Source of the DNA: an uncultured Chloroflexia bacterium
Lineage (GTDB): Bacteria > Chloroflexota > Anaerolineae > JAAYZQ01
Length of the DNA stretch: 64,000 bases
Direction: 5' to 3'
Assembly: GCA_963700285.1 (NCBI GenBank)
Contig: CAVOXA010000022.1
Span: 128,001 to 192,000, forward strand
Below, one piece after another: positions 39,087-50,962 of the stretch. Positions within the stretch are counted from its first letter, which is position 1; each line of letters starts with the position of its first letter. The notes under the pieces are model-generated. The model worked only from the letters and a program-made list of their open reading frames with translations, made no database searches and was not told the origin of the DNA. Made by a program: the position numbers and the translations under genes.

Positions 39087-41393
39087 GTGCCCAACCGAAC
39101 AAGAACCATCTCGCTGGTGCTGGCCCTCGTACTGCTCTTCGCTGTCGCCCAGATCGTCAACCTTGGCGTCCTGGCCTCTGCCCCCGGCGAGGATGAGGGC
39201 GCCGCGAACCAGAGCGGAGCGCGGCCGGCCGGTCGCGCGCTGGCGCCCGGGACCGCCGCGCCTCGAGCCATCGTTCGCTACGCCGATCGGTTTGCCGTCT
39301 CGCCCCCGCTGCGGTCCCTGGACGGGCCTGCGCTGCCACAGCCTGCCGGGCCAGGGGTTGGCGACAATCTGCGCGAGGTCCCCCGCCCGGTCGGACCGCG
39401 CCAGGGCGGCGACGAACCTGGGTCGGAGCGCGGCCCGGGCATCCTCGCCCCCGGGCTGGGGCCCGTCGCGCCGGCCATGCCGACGCCCGTGGTGAGCTTT
39501 GGCGGTGGCAGCAATGTCGACAACGTGACCCTTCTCGGTTATTGGGTGATGCCGCCCGATACCAACGGCGCCGTAGGACCGGACCACTATGTCCAGATGC
39601 TCAATTGGATCTTTGGCATCTGGGACAAGAGCGGGAGGCAGCTCCTGGGTCCCATGAGCACCAGGTCGCTGTGGAGCGGGTTGGGAGGGCTGTGCGAATC
39701 CAGCAGTCGGGGTGATCCCATCGTCCTCTATGACTCGATGGCCGATCGATGGTTGATGAGCGAGTTCGCCTTCGACCAGGACTTGCAAGGCGAGCCGGAG
39801 GGGCCCTTTTACGAGTGTGTTGCCATCTCCCAGACCCCCGACCCGACCGGCGCGTGGTACCTCTATTCCTTCCTGATATCCGAGACAAAAATGAACGACT
39901 ATCCCAAGTTGGGTGTATGGCCTGACGGCTATTACATGTCGGTCAACCAATTTCTGACAGGCAACGGCGGTTGGGCCGGCGTCGGCGTGGCTGTCCTCGA
40001 ACGGGCCAAGATGCTGAAGGGCGAGCCGGCCCGGATCGTCTATTTTGACGTGGGCGCCGTGCACCGCGGCTACTTTGGCATGTTGCCCTCCGACCTGGAC
40101 GGCTCGAACCTGCCGCCATCGGCCCCCGGATCCGCAGGATCCGCAGGACCCGGTGGGTCCGGCGGGTCACCCAACTATTTTGTCGAGTGGGATGATTCGG
40201 CCTGGCTCGGCGATGCCCGGGACACCCTGCGGATCTGGGAATTTCACGTGGACTGGTCCGATCCGGCCCTGTCGAGCTTTGGCCTGTCAGGCTACGCGCC
40301 CAATGAACTGGTGCCGACGTCGAACGTCGATCCCAGCTTGTGCAGCTATTTGAGAAAGTGTATCCCGCAGCCGGGTACGACCCAGCGCGTGGATGCCATC
40401 TCTGACCGCCTGATGTACCGCCTGGCCTACCGCCGCTTTGGCGATCACGAAGCCCTGGTGGGCAATCACAGCGTGGACGTGGATGGCGCCAACCACGCCG
40501 GCATCCACTGGTTCGAGCTGCGCCGGTCGGGCGGCGCCTGGTCGCTGTACCAGGAGGGGGTCCACGCGCCCGACGACGTTGACCGCTGGATGGGCAGCAT
40601 CGCCATGGACCGGGTGGGCAACATCGCGCTGGGATACAGCGTCTCCAGCGAGGAGGTCTACCCCTCCGTCCGCTACGCCGGCCGGCTGGCGGACGATCCC
40701 CCCGGCCAGATGGCCCAGGGGGAAGCGACGCTGGTGGCCGGCCTTGGCTCGCAAAGCAACAGCGACCGCTGGGGAGACTATAGCAGGATGGCCGTCGATC
40801 CTGTGGACGATTGCACCTTCTGGTACACCCAGCAGTACTATGACCAGATCGGCCTGGATTGGCAAACGCGCATCGGAGCTTTCAAGTTCCCTTCGTGCAA
40901 AACATGGGCGAACCTGGCCATGAAAAAGTCGGCCGCACCGGAGGTCGTCGGGCCGGGACAGCCGGTGACCTATACGCTGGCCTTCTCCAACGTTGGATCG
41001 ACCCCCGCCACGAGGGTCGTCGTCAGTGACATGGTGCCGGCAGAACTGGAAGAGGTGCGCTTTGAGAGCAGCCGCCCGGTGACGCCCACAGGCGCCTTCA
41101 GTTATACCTGGCTGGTGGGCGACCTGGCCCCCGCGGAGAGGGACGTCATCACGCTGTCGGCCAGGATCCGGCCCGACCTGGAGGGGGTCCACATCTTTGA
41201 AAACCGGGCCGCCATCCGCAGCATGGAGAGCGAAATCGACCCCAGCGACAACGCCGACTCGGCCGAGGTCAGGGTCAGCCCCCTGCGCTTTTATATTCTC
41301 TTCCCCTGGCCCGGTCGGGGTGGCGGGGGCAGTGACAAAAAAGACAGGTCCAGTCTCCAGACTGGACCCGTCTTGTCTTGTCCCGCGTTCTAA
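39087..41393 (+). CDS. Secreted beta-rich protein with C-terminal DUF11-like domain
   Basis: Signal peptide; PPDTNGAVGPDHYVQ, DYPKLG, RWGDYS motifs; NLAMKK...VTYTLAFSN...DPSDN. Confidence 0.8.
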   Translation: MPNRTRTISLVLALVLLFAVAQIVNLGVLASAPGEDEGAANQSGARPAGRALAPGTAAPRAIVRYADRFAVSPPLRSLDGPALPQPAGPGVGDNLREVPRPVGPRQGGDEPGSERGPGILAPGLGPVAPAMPTPVVSFGGGSNVDNVTLLGYWVMPPDTNGAVGPDHYVQMLNWIFGIWDKSGRQLLGPMSTRSLWSGLGGLCESSSRGDPIVLYDSMADRWLMSEFAFDQDLQGEPEGPFYECVAISQTPDPTGAWYLYSFLISETKMNDYPKLGVWPDGYYMSVNQFLTGNGGWAGVGVAVLERAKMLKGEPARIVYFDVGAVHRGYFGMLPSDLDGSNLPPSAPGSAGSAGPGGSGGSPNYFVEWDDSAWLGDARDTLRIWEFHVDWSDPALSSFGLSGYAPNELVPTSNVDPSLCSYLRKCIPQPGTTQRVDAISDRLMYRLAYRRFGDHEALVGNHSVDVDGANHAGIHWFELRRSGGAWSLYQEGVHAPDDVDRWMGSIAMDRVGNIALGYSVSSEEVYPSVRYAGRLADDPPGQMAQGEATLVAGLGSQSNSDRWGDYSRMAVDPVDDCTFWYTQQYYDQIGLDWQTRIGAFKFPSCKTWANLAMKKSAAPEVVGPGQPVTYTLAFSNVGSTPATRVVVSDMVPAELEEVRFESSRPVTPTGAFSYTWLVGDLAPAERDVITLSARIRPDLEGVHIFENRAAIRSMESEIDPSDNADSAEVRVSPLRFYILFPWPGRGGGGSDKKDRSSLQTGPVLSCPAF

Positions 41394-41848
41394 CGGTGGA
41401 TCTTGACCTTGGTTCCCTTGGGCGCCCACTTGTAGAGCCAGGCAGCATCCTTTCTCGAGAGATTGATGCAGCCGTGGCTCATGGGGTTGCCAAAATTGTT
41501 GTGCCAATAAGTGCCGTGTATGCCATAACTGCCATAAAAGTACATGGTGTGGGGCACATTGGGCAGGTTGTAGCCCGGCCCTCTCATCCTCACCCTGCGG
41601 TACTTGGCATAAATGCTGAAGGTGCCCTTGGGCGTTGGGGTACGCGAGGTACCGGTCGAGACCGGGAAGGCCTTGACGATCTGGTTCCCCTGGCGGGCGG
41701 CCATCCGCTGGCGGCTAAGGTCGACTTCGATCCACTTTCCCCCTGAGGCGGCCTTGGCGTAGGCGGCCGGCGGCATGACCAGGCCCGCGATGACGACCAT
41801 CGCGAGCGCCAGCGCCAGGGTACGCAGCCCCAGATTGGATGATTTCAT
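41390..41848 (-). CDS. L,D-transpeptidase (YkuD family)
   Basis: WIEVDLSRQ, VSTG, TPKG, YGIHG...SHGCI; signal peptide. Confidence 0.93.
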   Translation of the reverse strand: MKSSNLGLRTLALALAMVVIAGLVMPPAAYAKAASGGKWIEVDLSRQRMAARQGNQIVKAFPVSTGTSRTPTPKGTFSIYAKYRRVRMRGPGYNLPNVPHTMYFYGSYGIHGTYWHNNFGNPMSHGCINLSRKDAAWLYKWAPKGTKVKIHR

Positions 41849-41936
41849 GATGTCGCTCCCCTCTTTCAAGATTGTGGTTGTTTCTCATGATTTTGACTGG
41901 TTCGTGACTGCATAGGGCCGAACCTGTCTGAACTAT

Positions 41937-41965
41937 ATTATAACTGGTTTACTGCACCGATGCAA
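41937..41965 (-). promoter_or_regulatory. Sigma70-type promoter for the L,D-transpeptidase
   Basis: TTGCAT-N17-TATAAT on the minus strand. Confidence 0.7.
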
Positions 41966-42139
41966 ATCGGCTTTTGGGATGGTTTCAGGGAGTATTCCGG
42001 TACCCCCCGAGGCGTAGACTGTAGGGGCGCTTTACCCCAAGGGGGCGCCGTTCGGCGTCTTGGTAGACATAAACCCTAAGGGTCTTGGAGACCCTTAGGG
42101 TTTGAATTCGACATAAGACTGGAAAAGAACCCGGGCAGG

Positions 42140-45100
42140 TCACCGACCTGCCAAGCGCGCGGGGAATCGGCTAGACCTCGGAGGTCTTTCGAGACTTCCA
42201 AGGTCTACCCCTTGAGGTAGCCCCGGACAGGTCTTCCGGTACTCCGCGTCGCCCAGGTACTGGTGCCATTCCGAGGCGGTCAGGTTGCGGTTGGCGATGG
42301 CGCAGGCGCGTTCCTCCCAGGGACTCAGATCCAGTTCCCAGAGATGGACGAGGCCGCTGGTATCCAGGGCGCCCAGGGCCACCAGCTTCCCGTCGGGGCT
42401 GATGGCCATCGTCTCCATCTCGATGGCGCCCAACAGCGGCGGCGTAAGCGGCTCCTGGGTGGCCAGATCCCAAACCAGGACGGTGCCATCGGCGCCGCCC
42501 GAGACCAGGTATTGGCCGTCGCCGGCTGGGTGAAAGGCTACGTACCAGACTTGGGCCATGTGTCCCGTGAGGGGCGGCTCCTGGGGCTCGCAGGCGACGG
42601 CACCCGGCTCCAGGCAAACGGTGAGGTCCCAGAGCCGCACCGTATTGTCGCTGCTGGCTGTGGCCAGGATCGTGCCATCCGGGCTAAAGGCGACGTTGTT
42701 CACCCAGTTGCTGTGGCCCACCAGGGGCGGGCCCAAAGGGTACGCGGTTTCCTCCGTGCCGTCCAGGAGCCCGCCCAAATCCCAGAGGCTGGCGGTCCCA
42801 TCGGCGCTGGCCGAGGCCAGGGAGCGCCCGTCGGGGCTAAAGGCCAGGCCCATCACCCAGTCCTCGTGCGCCTCCAGGGGCGGCCCCAATGACTCGGCGC
42901 TTTCTACGTCCCACAGGATGATGGTGAAGTCGCGGCCGCCGGTGGCCAGGGTTCTGCCATCGGGACTAAAGGCCACGGAATAGACCTGCCCCGTGTGCCC
43001 GTCCAAGGGGCGGCCCAGGGGCGCCGCCTTTCCCTCACCCGTGCCGAGCTCTTCCGGCAGCTCCCACAGGATGACCCACCTGCCGGCGCCGACGGAGGCC
43101 ATGTGGCGCCCGCTGGGGCTAAAGGCCACGTTATAGACAGGTTTGGGGTGGTCTGTCAGGGGCAGGCTGGCCCACTCGCCAGTGGCCGTGTCCCAGAGCA
43201 TGACGTCGGTGTCCAGGCTGCCAGAGGCCAGGGTGCGACCGTCGGGACTAAAGGCCACGCCGCGGACCTGGGCCTGGTGGCCGGCCAGCCGCTGGGATCT
43301 GCCTGTATCCCAGACGATGGTATGGCCGTCCGAATCCCCCGAGACCAGGCTTCGACCATCGGGCAGAAAGGCCACGGAACGGACCCAATTGCTGTGGCCC
43401 GCCAGCGGCTGGCCGATGGGCTGGGCCCCGGCCCCACCAGGTTCGAGCAGGGACGAGATGTCCCAGAGGCGGACCGTATTGTCGGTACTGACCGAGGCCA
43501 GCCCGCGGCCGTCGGGGCTAAAGCCGGCGGCCAGCACCCGCCCTTCGTGGCCTTCCAGGGGCGGTCCCAGGGCCTCAACCGTCTCTGCGTCCCAGAGCAT
43601 GACGGTCCGGTCAAAGCTGGAGGTGGCCAGCACGCTGCCGTCGGGGCTGTAGGCCAGGTGGTGCAGGGCGTAGCCAGGATGGACCGATTCGTTGCGCGCC
43701 ACGAGTTCGCCGCTTTGCAGATCATAGATATCCAGCGCGGAGCCCTTGGCGGCCAGGGCCAGCCGCGCCCCATCGGGGCGCATGGCCATGATCCCGCTGC
43801 CATCGTAGGTCAGGGCCTGGGTCAGGCGGCGGGTCTGGGCCGCCGTAAGAGGCTGGCCTGGCGGTGGCGCGACGTCCCAGACCTGTATCGCGCCGTTGGC
43901 ATCACCGGAGACCAGGACGCTGCCGTCGCCATTCAGGGCCAGGTTGACGATGGGCGCTTGGTGGGCGCGCAGGGCCGGACCCAGGGGCTGGCCCTGCGCC
44001 GCGTCCCACAGGAGCAGGTCCTGCCCCCGGGCAATGGCGGCGACGCGGCCATCGGAGCTGAGGGCGCCCGCCGTCTCCGCTTCCTGGGGCGGGAGCCGGT
44101 GGATGGGCTGGCCGGACGCCAGATCCCAGATCACCACTCCGCCCTGGCTGTCTATGGAGGTGACCGTCCGGCCATCGGGGCTGTGGCCCAGGTCAAGGAT
44201 GAGGCTGTCATGCCCGTGCAGGAAGCGGGCCAGGAAGGGGCTAAAAGTCAAGCTGCTGAGATAGGCGCCCCGCTCCGGGCCAGTCCCCGCCAGGCGCCGG
44301 GCCTCCAGGTTCAGCAAGAGCGCCAGGTCGAGCTGTTTCCCCAGCAGGGTCACGGACTGGGCCGCCAACTGTCGCGAAAGGGCCAATTGGGCCTGGGCCT
44401 CGGCCCGCTCGCGCTCGATCTCGGCGATCCTGGCCTGCTGCTCGGCGCGGAGGGCATCTTGCTCCGAGGCGGCGCCCGCGGCTTCAGCCGTGGCCTGAGC
44501 GGCAACGGCCGCCCCGGCCTGGTGCCGGGCTTCATGGCGCATTTGCAGGGCCAGCCCCGCGGCCAGCAGCGCGACCAGAAAGACAGCGGCCAGGCCGGCG
44601 ACCAGCCGGCGGAGACGCCGGCTGGCGCGGGCCTGTTCGTCAGCCCGCTTGTGCTCCGCCTCGGCCAGGGCTTGGGCCTGGTCCAGCTCCCGCTGTCGCT
44701 GGGCCTGGGCTGCCAGCCGCTGCTGTTCGCGCAGGGCAAGCCCTTCTTCGATATAGCCGCGAACCCGTGGTGAAAGGTCCGCCCTCCGCGTCTTGTACCA
44801 GCCCTCGGCCTCGGCCAGCGGGCTGCCCCGCAGCAGCGCGTCCTGGTCGCGGCCCGACGCGATCCAGCTCCGCAGCGATTCCCGGAGCCGTTCCCACCAG
44901 ATACGGAAGGCTCGGTCCTCGTTGAGCCAGCCATCCAGCCGGTCCCAGCCCTCGATGAGGGCTTCGTGGACCAGCTCGGCCGTTTCCAGGCCGGCCGGAT
45001 CGCGACCGGTGACGATCAGGCGGGCGTCGGCCAGTTGCTGGACCATCCGCCAGTCCTCGTCCCCCAGCTCGGCGCGGGTGGCCAGGCGGCGCGTGTCCCG

Positions 45101-47001
45101 GGCATGGTGGCCCGGCCGGACCATCTGTACCAGAACGCGCCGGGCCGCTTCCTGGTCGGCCGCTTCAAATTGGCCATAGACGGACTCGGCATAGTTGGCC
45201 AGGGCGCCCCGGACCTTGCCGGTGGCATCGTAGGCGGTGTGGGTCAGTTGGGCGCCGGCGGCCTGGCGCTGCCAGAGGGCGGCCAGGGCGAACTGCAGCA
45301 GGGGCAGATTGCCCGGCTCGGCGCCGACGTCGTGCACGATGCGCTCCACCAACCCCGGCTCGAAGGAGACCCCCTGGGCCAGGGCCGGTTGTTCTACGGC
45401 CTGCGCCAGCTCCTGGGGCGACATGGGGCCCAGGATGAGGCTGCCGTCCTCCAGCGCGTCGGCCAGGGGCCGGTGCGCCAGGACCTGGCCCAAAAAGTCG
45501 GCCCGCAGGATCAGCAGCAGGGTACAGGACGAGGATGTTCCACCGGACAGGTCCTCCAGCAGAAGCCGTAGAAACTCCTGCCGAACCGAAGGTTCAGGGC
45601 ACAGGGTGTACAGTTCTTCGAACTGGTCGACAACCAACAGCAGCCGCCCGGGGACCGGCGAAACGGCGGAGCTGCGGCTGGCCTGAGACCCGGATCGTCC
45701 GCCGGATCCGGCGGGCAGATCCCTGCTTCAGGACCGGTCCCATGACCCTGCACAGCGTGCGCTGGCCCAGGTGCAGCGCTCTGGCCAGCTGCGCCGCTCG
45801 GGCGAACAATACTTCGGGTGGGGCCTCGGGCTCTATGAGCGGCATCACGGCCGTTGCCAGGGCTTCGATGGGCCGCGCTCCGGGCCGGAGCACGGCGACG
45901 TGCCATTGAGCAGCGCTCTCCCCTTCATGGTGCCCGGTTGTACCCTCCTGGAGCCGGGGCAGCAGCCCGGCAAAAACCGCGGAGGACTTGCCGCTGCCGG
46001 AGGGGCCCATGACGGCGACCACGTTCTTTTGCTGGACGGCGTCGGCCAGGCGCTGGACGAATGTCTCGCGGCCAAAGAACCATCTGGCGTCCTGCTGGCC
46101 AAAGGGGAACAGCCCCCGGTAGGGACTGGGCGGAAGGGGATGCTCGCCGGCGACGCCCACCGGGCGGGTTTGGGCGGCCACCTCACCCTGCCAGAATCTG
46201 CTCGCGCAGGGCGACCGTCTCCGGCTCGGCGACGATGCCCAACTCCTCGGCTAGCTGCCGGACACAGATGTCATATTGCTGCAGGGCGGCCCCGCGCTGG
46301 CCGTCCAGGGCCAGCGCCAGCATCAACTGGCGGTGGGCGTACTCGCGCCATGGCTCCAGAGCAAGCTGTCGCCGGGCGTAGACCTGGGCCTGGTGCGTTT
46401 CCTCCCAGGCCAGATGATGGTTCGTGAGGGCCTCCAGGGCCAGGAGGATCGCCTGGTGGCGCTGCTCTCCCTGCAGCAGGCGCCATTCCTCAAACTCTGG
46501 GCAGTCGCTCAGGTTCAGCCCGGCCATAAAGGGGCCGTGGTACAGCTCCGCGGCCTGTGTGAGCGAGGCGATGCTTTGCTGCGCGTTCTCCCCGGAGGAT
46601 GGGCGGCCATCCTCGGCCGAGAGCAGGACATCGAAGGCGTTGACGTCGATCCAGACGTTGTGGTCGGGCTGAAACTCGACGCTGTGGCGGGATATGGACA
46701 GGCAAGCGCCCCCATCCCCGGACAGCGTGCCCCGGGTGGGTTCCAGAGGCGCCAGAAGCTGGCGGAGATTGGTGAGCGCCTGGCTGAGGCTGCGACGGGC
46801 CGCCTGCTCTGGAAAGCCGCCCCATAGCAGCGTGGACAGAGCCTCGCGCCGGTGCGAGCGGTTCGCCTCGATGGCCAGGAAGGCGAGCAAAGCGCGCACC
46901 TTGTCCGAACGAAAGCCGGCCAGTGGTACGCCGTCCAACACAGCCTCAAAGGTTCCCAGGAGATGAAGGCGGAGGCGGGCGTTCTCGCCAGCAGCATCCA
47001 C
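42140..47001 (-). CDS. SARP/BTAD-STAND NTPase-TM-WD40 regulator; frameshifts near 46185 and 45640-45720
   Basis: LHLLG...KVRALLAFL (SARP HTH), BTAD, SPYRGL..F, GPSGSGKSS, VVDQFEE, GNLPLLQFAL, many WD40 repeats; GTG 47001 with GGGAGG RBS. Confidence 0.85.
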
Positions 47002-47444
47002 AGGGGCAATCCTCCCACAATGACACCGCGCACCAACCAATAGGGCGCTGGTGCGGGACCGGTACGAAAGAAAAACCAGGGCCTCGGGACCGGAGGCTCC
47101 ATGGCCTGCGCTCCCGGGCTTATGGTACCACATCCAGCCCAACCTGTCAATCTCTCCGCTCCAGGCACTCAGGACAATCGCATCTAAACCCGTCATTGCG
47201 AGCGAAGGCGCTTTTGCCGAAGCGAAGCAATCTCGCTCTTACTCAGGTTCAGGCACCTAGAACAAGATGCAAATGCCCTGTCCGGGCTCTCGGGGCAAGA
47301 GTTCGTCACGATCTCGTCACACTCGTATGCTATACTCTGTCCTATAGCCAGAGATCGCGGCTGGTCTCCAGGCGCGTAGAAGCGGCGGATGCTGCCGCCT
47401 GCAGGGCTGGCGCATCGCGCAAAAGTAGAAAGGAGATGTGGATT

Positions 47445-47714
47445 TTGCCAGGACTCGCAACAGATCCAGAACGATATCAGAGTTACCTTCTTCGGTTGTG
47501 GAAAGAGACGCCCGACCTGCCCTGGCGTTTCCAGGTACACTGCGTCTCTACGGGGGATGAGCACCGCTTTGCCGAATTGGACCAGGTATTGGCTTTTCTG
47601 CGGAACGCAGCGGCCGGCGACCATACCTTTGAGCCAGAGTGGGGCGGGGATCCGGGGGACGCCGGAAGCCGGCAGCGTGAATACTCCTGCGGGCTCGACC
47701 TAGCCTACATCTAG
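47445..47714 (+). CDS. Small hypothetical protein (SYLLRLW...WR...TG.EHRF)
   Basis: AAGGAG RBS; paralogous to 47760..47960. Confidence 0.65.
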   Translation: MPGLATDPERYQSYLLRLWKETPDLPWRFQVHCVSTGDEHRFAELDQVLAFLRNAAAGDHTFEPEWGGDPGDAGSRQREYSCGLDLAYI

Positions 47715-47759
47715 ACCGGGCCCCGGCGCCTTGATCGTCGGGGCGGGAGAGTGAACTGA

Positions 47760-47960
47760 ATGGTTCGTGGTGACCTGGCGCAGCAGCCTGAAGCAGCTCC
47801 GGAGCCACGTCGCAGCTTTATCCTACGCCTGTGGAAAGGAACGCCCGACGCGCCCTGGCGGGGCGAGTTACAGAACCTGAGCACCGGAGAGGAACATCGC
47901 TTCAGCGACCTGGCTGACATCATCGCCTTCTTGCGTGAAGAGGAGCGGGGCAGGGGATAG
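47760..47960 (+). CDS. Small hypothetical protein (SFILRLW...WR...TGEEHRF)
   Basis: GGGAG RBS; paralogous to the preceding gene. Confidence 0.7.
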   Translation: MVRGDLAQQPEAAPEPRRSFILRLWKGTPDAPWRGELQNLSTGEEHRFSDLADIIAFLREEERGRG

Positions 47961-48008
47961 CGCGCGACCAGACCCTGGCGGCGCCTGAGGCAAAGACCAG
48001 CACCGAAA

Positions 48009-48329
48009 GTGGGGCTAACACTGGACCAGATCGATCAAGAACTCTGCAAGGCCCCCATAGGCAGTGTATTTCACGGGGCGGCGACATACCCGGAGTTGGC
48101 CAGCGCCTCTCTGCTCGAGGCGATGAGCTTTGACGGGGGCGAGGACACTCTGGGAGCGGCGAGGATCCTGCTGAGGACGGCTGCGCCCGCGGTCCTCTGC
48201 GCGTCGCACCCCGAGGTCAGCTATCCGCTCAGCGAAGAACAGGTCGTCGCCGCCGTGAATACGGCCCTGGCTTCCGGCGATCGGGCCGTGATGCTGGAAC
48301 TGGCTGAGCAGCTAGCCAGCTATTTGTGA
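48009..48329 (+). pseudogene. Probable gene fragment or small hypothetical protein
   Basis: Helical LLEAMSF.GG...AARILLR...HPEVSYP segment looks like an isolated C-terminal domain; no clear RBS or signal peptide. Confidence 0.35.
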
Positions 48330-48900
48330 AGGTGCCGCGCTTCAGGCACATGCGGATACAGAGACCGTATCCGAACAAGTGACACCCCCACCCCTCCCTC
48401 GCCTACAGAGGGCGGGCAGCCAGAGTTCCTCCGGCCAGCGGGGGAGACGCCCAGAGGACAGCGAGCGGTTGGCGCCAGGTCCTCGGTCTTCCCCGCCTGC
48501 CGGGGGGCGGATGCCTCGCTGTCCGTGATTTACCATAACGCAAGGGAGTTGACCTGGTCATTCCTCTGCACCATCGCTGGTGCAGTCCCTGACGCAGCGC
48601 ACTGCGGGCGCGCTTGGCCGGGCAATCCCCAGGCATACGCAGCAACTGTCACCGCCAGCAGGGTGGAGGCGCTTCGCCGGAGTGAGGCAATCCCCAACTA
48701 CACGGTAGAATCGCTTTCGGCAGTCGGCAGGCCTCTTCGCGACGCGACTTTGCTAACAGCGTCACCCAGGCCGAAAACCCTATTGCACAGCCGCCGGGTA
48801 TGTGGTATACTCCTCCTATCATCCTAGACAGCGCCCAAAGGGATGCCCTGGAGGCGGGCGCCGCCTGTACACGTAGCCGTGCCAGGGAGGAGGAGCATCG

Positions 48901-49743
48901 ATGTTTCGCCGGATTCGAAATAGCTGGGAGTTGATGCTGGCCAGTTTCGCCGTGCTGCGCGCCGACAAGGAGCTGGTCGTCTTTCCCATCGTGTCGGCCA
49001 TCGGCGTGGTAATCGTGACCATCAGTTTTATCCTGCCCTTTTTGCTGGCGGGCGCCTTTGATGGGATCCTGGCCGGGGGGCTGACGGTTCTGGGCTTCGT
49101 CGTCCTCTTCTTTTTTTACCTGGCCCAGTACTTTGTCATCATCTTTGCCAACTCTGCCCTGATCGGAGCGGCGATGATCCGCCTGCAGGGTGGCGATCCC
49201 ACGGTGGGCGACGGCTTTCGCGTCGCCTTCCAGCACATCGGCGCCATCGCCGGCTATGCCGCCATCTCGGCCACCGTGGGCGTGGTGCTGCGCATGCTGA
49301 CAGAGCGGGCCGGCGGGCTGGGCCGCATCGTGATCTCGCTGGTTGGGCTGGCCTGGAACGTCGCCACCTTTCTGGTGGTGCCGGTCCTGGTTGTGGAAGG
49401 CGTCGGCCCTGTCGATGGCGTAAAGCGCAGCGTCTCGTTGCTCAAGAAGACGTGGGGCGAGCAGATCGCCGGCAATGTGAGCATCAGCCTGATCGTTGGC
49501 CTGCTTTTCCTGGTGGTTTTGCTGGCGGGAGTGGGTCTCGTGGTCCTGGCGGCCATGACCGAGGTGGTGGCCCTCATCGTGGCTGTGGTCGTGCTCTGGG
49601 CCCTGGTGCTGCTCGTCCTGGCTCTGATCGGATCAACCCTGAACGGGATCTATGCGGCGGCGGTCTATCGCTACGCCGTGACCGGCGAGACCGGCGGCTT
49701 TTTCCAGGAGGAGATGGTAGAGGGGGCTTTTCGAAGCCGATAG
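48901..49743 (+). CDS. Membrane protein (DUF6159-like)
   Basis: GGAGGAG RBS; SWEL..ASF.VLR.DKELVVFP, SLLKKTWGE, about six TMs. Confidence 0.7.
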   Translation: MFRRIRNSWELMLASFAVLRADKELVVFPIVSAIGVVIVTISFILPFLLAGAFDGILAGGLTVLGFVVLFFFYLAQYFVIIFANSALIGAAMIRLQGGDPTVGDGFRVAFQHIGAIAGYAAISATVGVVLRMLTERAGGLGRIVISLVGLAWNVATFLVVPVLVVEGVGPVDGVKRSVSLLKKTWGEQIAGNVSISLIVGLLFLVVLLAGVGLVVLAAMTEVVALIVAVVVLWALVLLVLALIGSTLNGIYAAAVYRYAVTGETGGFFQEEMVEGAFRSR

Positions 49744-49803
49744 GGTTTGCTGCCCGGACCCGGCAGTGGTATACTGGCGCCCATCTCGAAGGTTGGGCGT
49801 GGT

Positions 49804-50778
49804 ATGCGGGCTAGCAACGGATCGGCGGAACTTCTGGACCTGCCCCGGGCGGGCATCCTGTTTGTCCTGGGTGCCATCGCTCTTGTCTCGGTGCAGGACG
49901 TCACCATCAAGTGGATCAGCGGGGACTATCCCCTTCACGAGATCGTCTTTATCCGCAGCCCGGTGGCGCTCGTGCTGCTTTTGCCCATCGTCTACTTTGA
50001 GGGCGGCATTTCCTCTCTGCACAGCGGGCAGTTCCACCTCCAACTTTTGCGCGGCGGCTTGATGTTCCTGGCTTCCACCTTTTTCTTTATGGGTATTGCC
50101 GCGCTGCCACTGGCCGACGTTGTGGCTCTCACCTTTGTGTCCCCCTTGTTTGTAGCCGTACTTTCGGTTCTGTTCCTTGGCGAGAGAGTCGGGCCGCGCC
50201 GGTGGTTGGCCATTGTCGTCGGCTTTGCCGGCGTCGTCATCATGCTGCGCCCGGGCGCCGGCGTTTTTGACCCGGCAGGATTCCTGGCGATTGCCACAGC
50301 CTTCTGCCTGGCCTCTATCTCGGTGATCACGCGCCGTCTGGGCCGGACCGACAGCGGCTCGTCCATCGCTTTCTACACTGCCGTCTTTTACCTGGTTTCC
50401 AGCGCCGTGGTGGGGTTGGCCATCGGCCACGGACGGCTGGCAGGCGAGGGGCACGCCAGCCTGCAATTCCTCCTGCGCCGCTGGGTGATCCCTTCTTGGA
50501 CCGATCTGGCCCTGTTGCTGCTCGTCGGTGTTGTCGGTGGCCTGGGCTTCTACCTCATGTCACAGGCCTATCGCGTCACCCGGGCGACGGTGGTCGCCCC
50601 CTTTGAGTACGTTGCTGTTCCCCTGAGTGTGCTCTGGGGCTACCTGATCTGGAAGGACCTGCCAGGCCCCCACACCGTTGTGGGCATTGCGCTGATCGTG
50701 GGCAGCGGTCTGTACGTGCTGTGGCGCGAGTCGGGTCAGGCGCCAGCAGTGGAAAACGCGGGCGAACTCGGATCCTGA
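49804..50778 (+). CDS. DMT/EamA family transporter
   Basis: Ten-TM pattern; LGERVG.RRW, VAPFEY. Confidence 0.9.
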   Translation: MRASNGSAELLDLPRAGILFVLGAIALVSVQDVTIKWISGDYPLHEIVFIRSPVALVLLLPIVYFEGGISSLHSGQFHLQLLRGGLMFLASTFFFMGIAALPLADVVALTFVSPLFVAVLSVLFLGERVGPRRWLAIVVGFAGVVIMLRPGAGVFDPAGFLAIATAFCLASISVITRRLGRTDSGSSIAFYTAVFYLVSSAVVGLAIGHGRLAGEGHASLQFLLRRWVIPSWTDLALLLLVGVVGGLGFYLMSQAYRVTRATVVAPFEYVAVPLSVLWGYLIWKDLPGPHTVVGIALIVGSGLYVLWRESGQAPAVENAGELGS

Positions 50779-50962
50779 CCCTTCACAGGGCCACAGGAGT
50801 AGGCTGGAACCCCCTTGCACCGCCGTAAACAGGCGGTGCTGGGAAGATTGCTATCGATTTCAATTCCTAGCACCGGCTCTTTCAGGCCGGTGCGATAATC
50901 GCGCTTGCCGCAGTGACCGGCCGGTGGTATACTGGCGCCCATCTCGAACGATTGGGCGCTAT

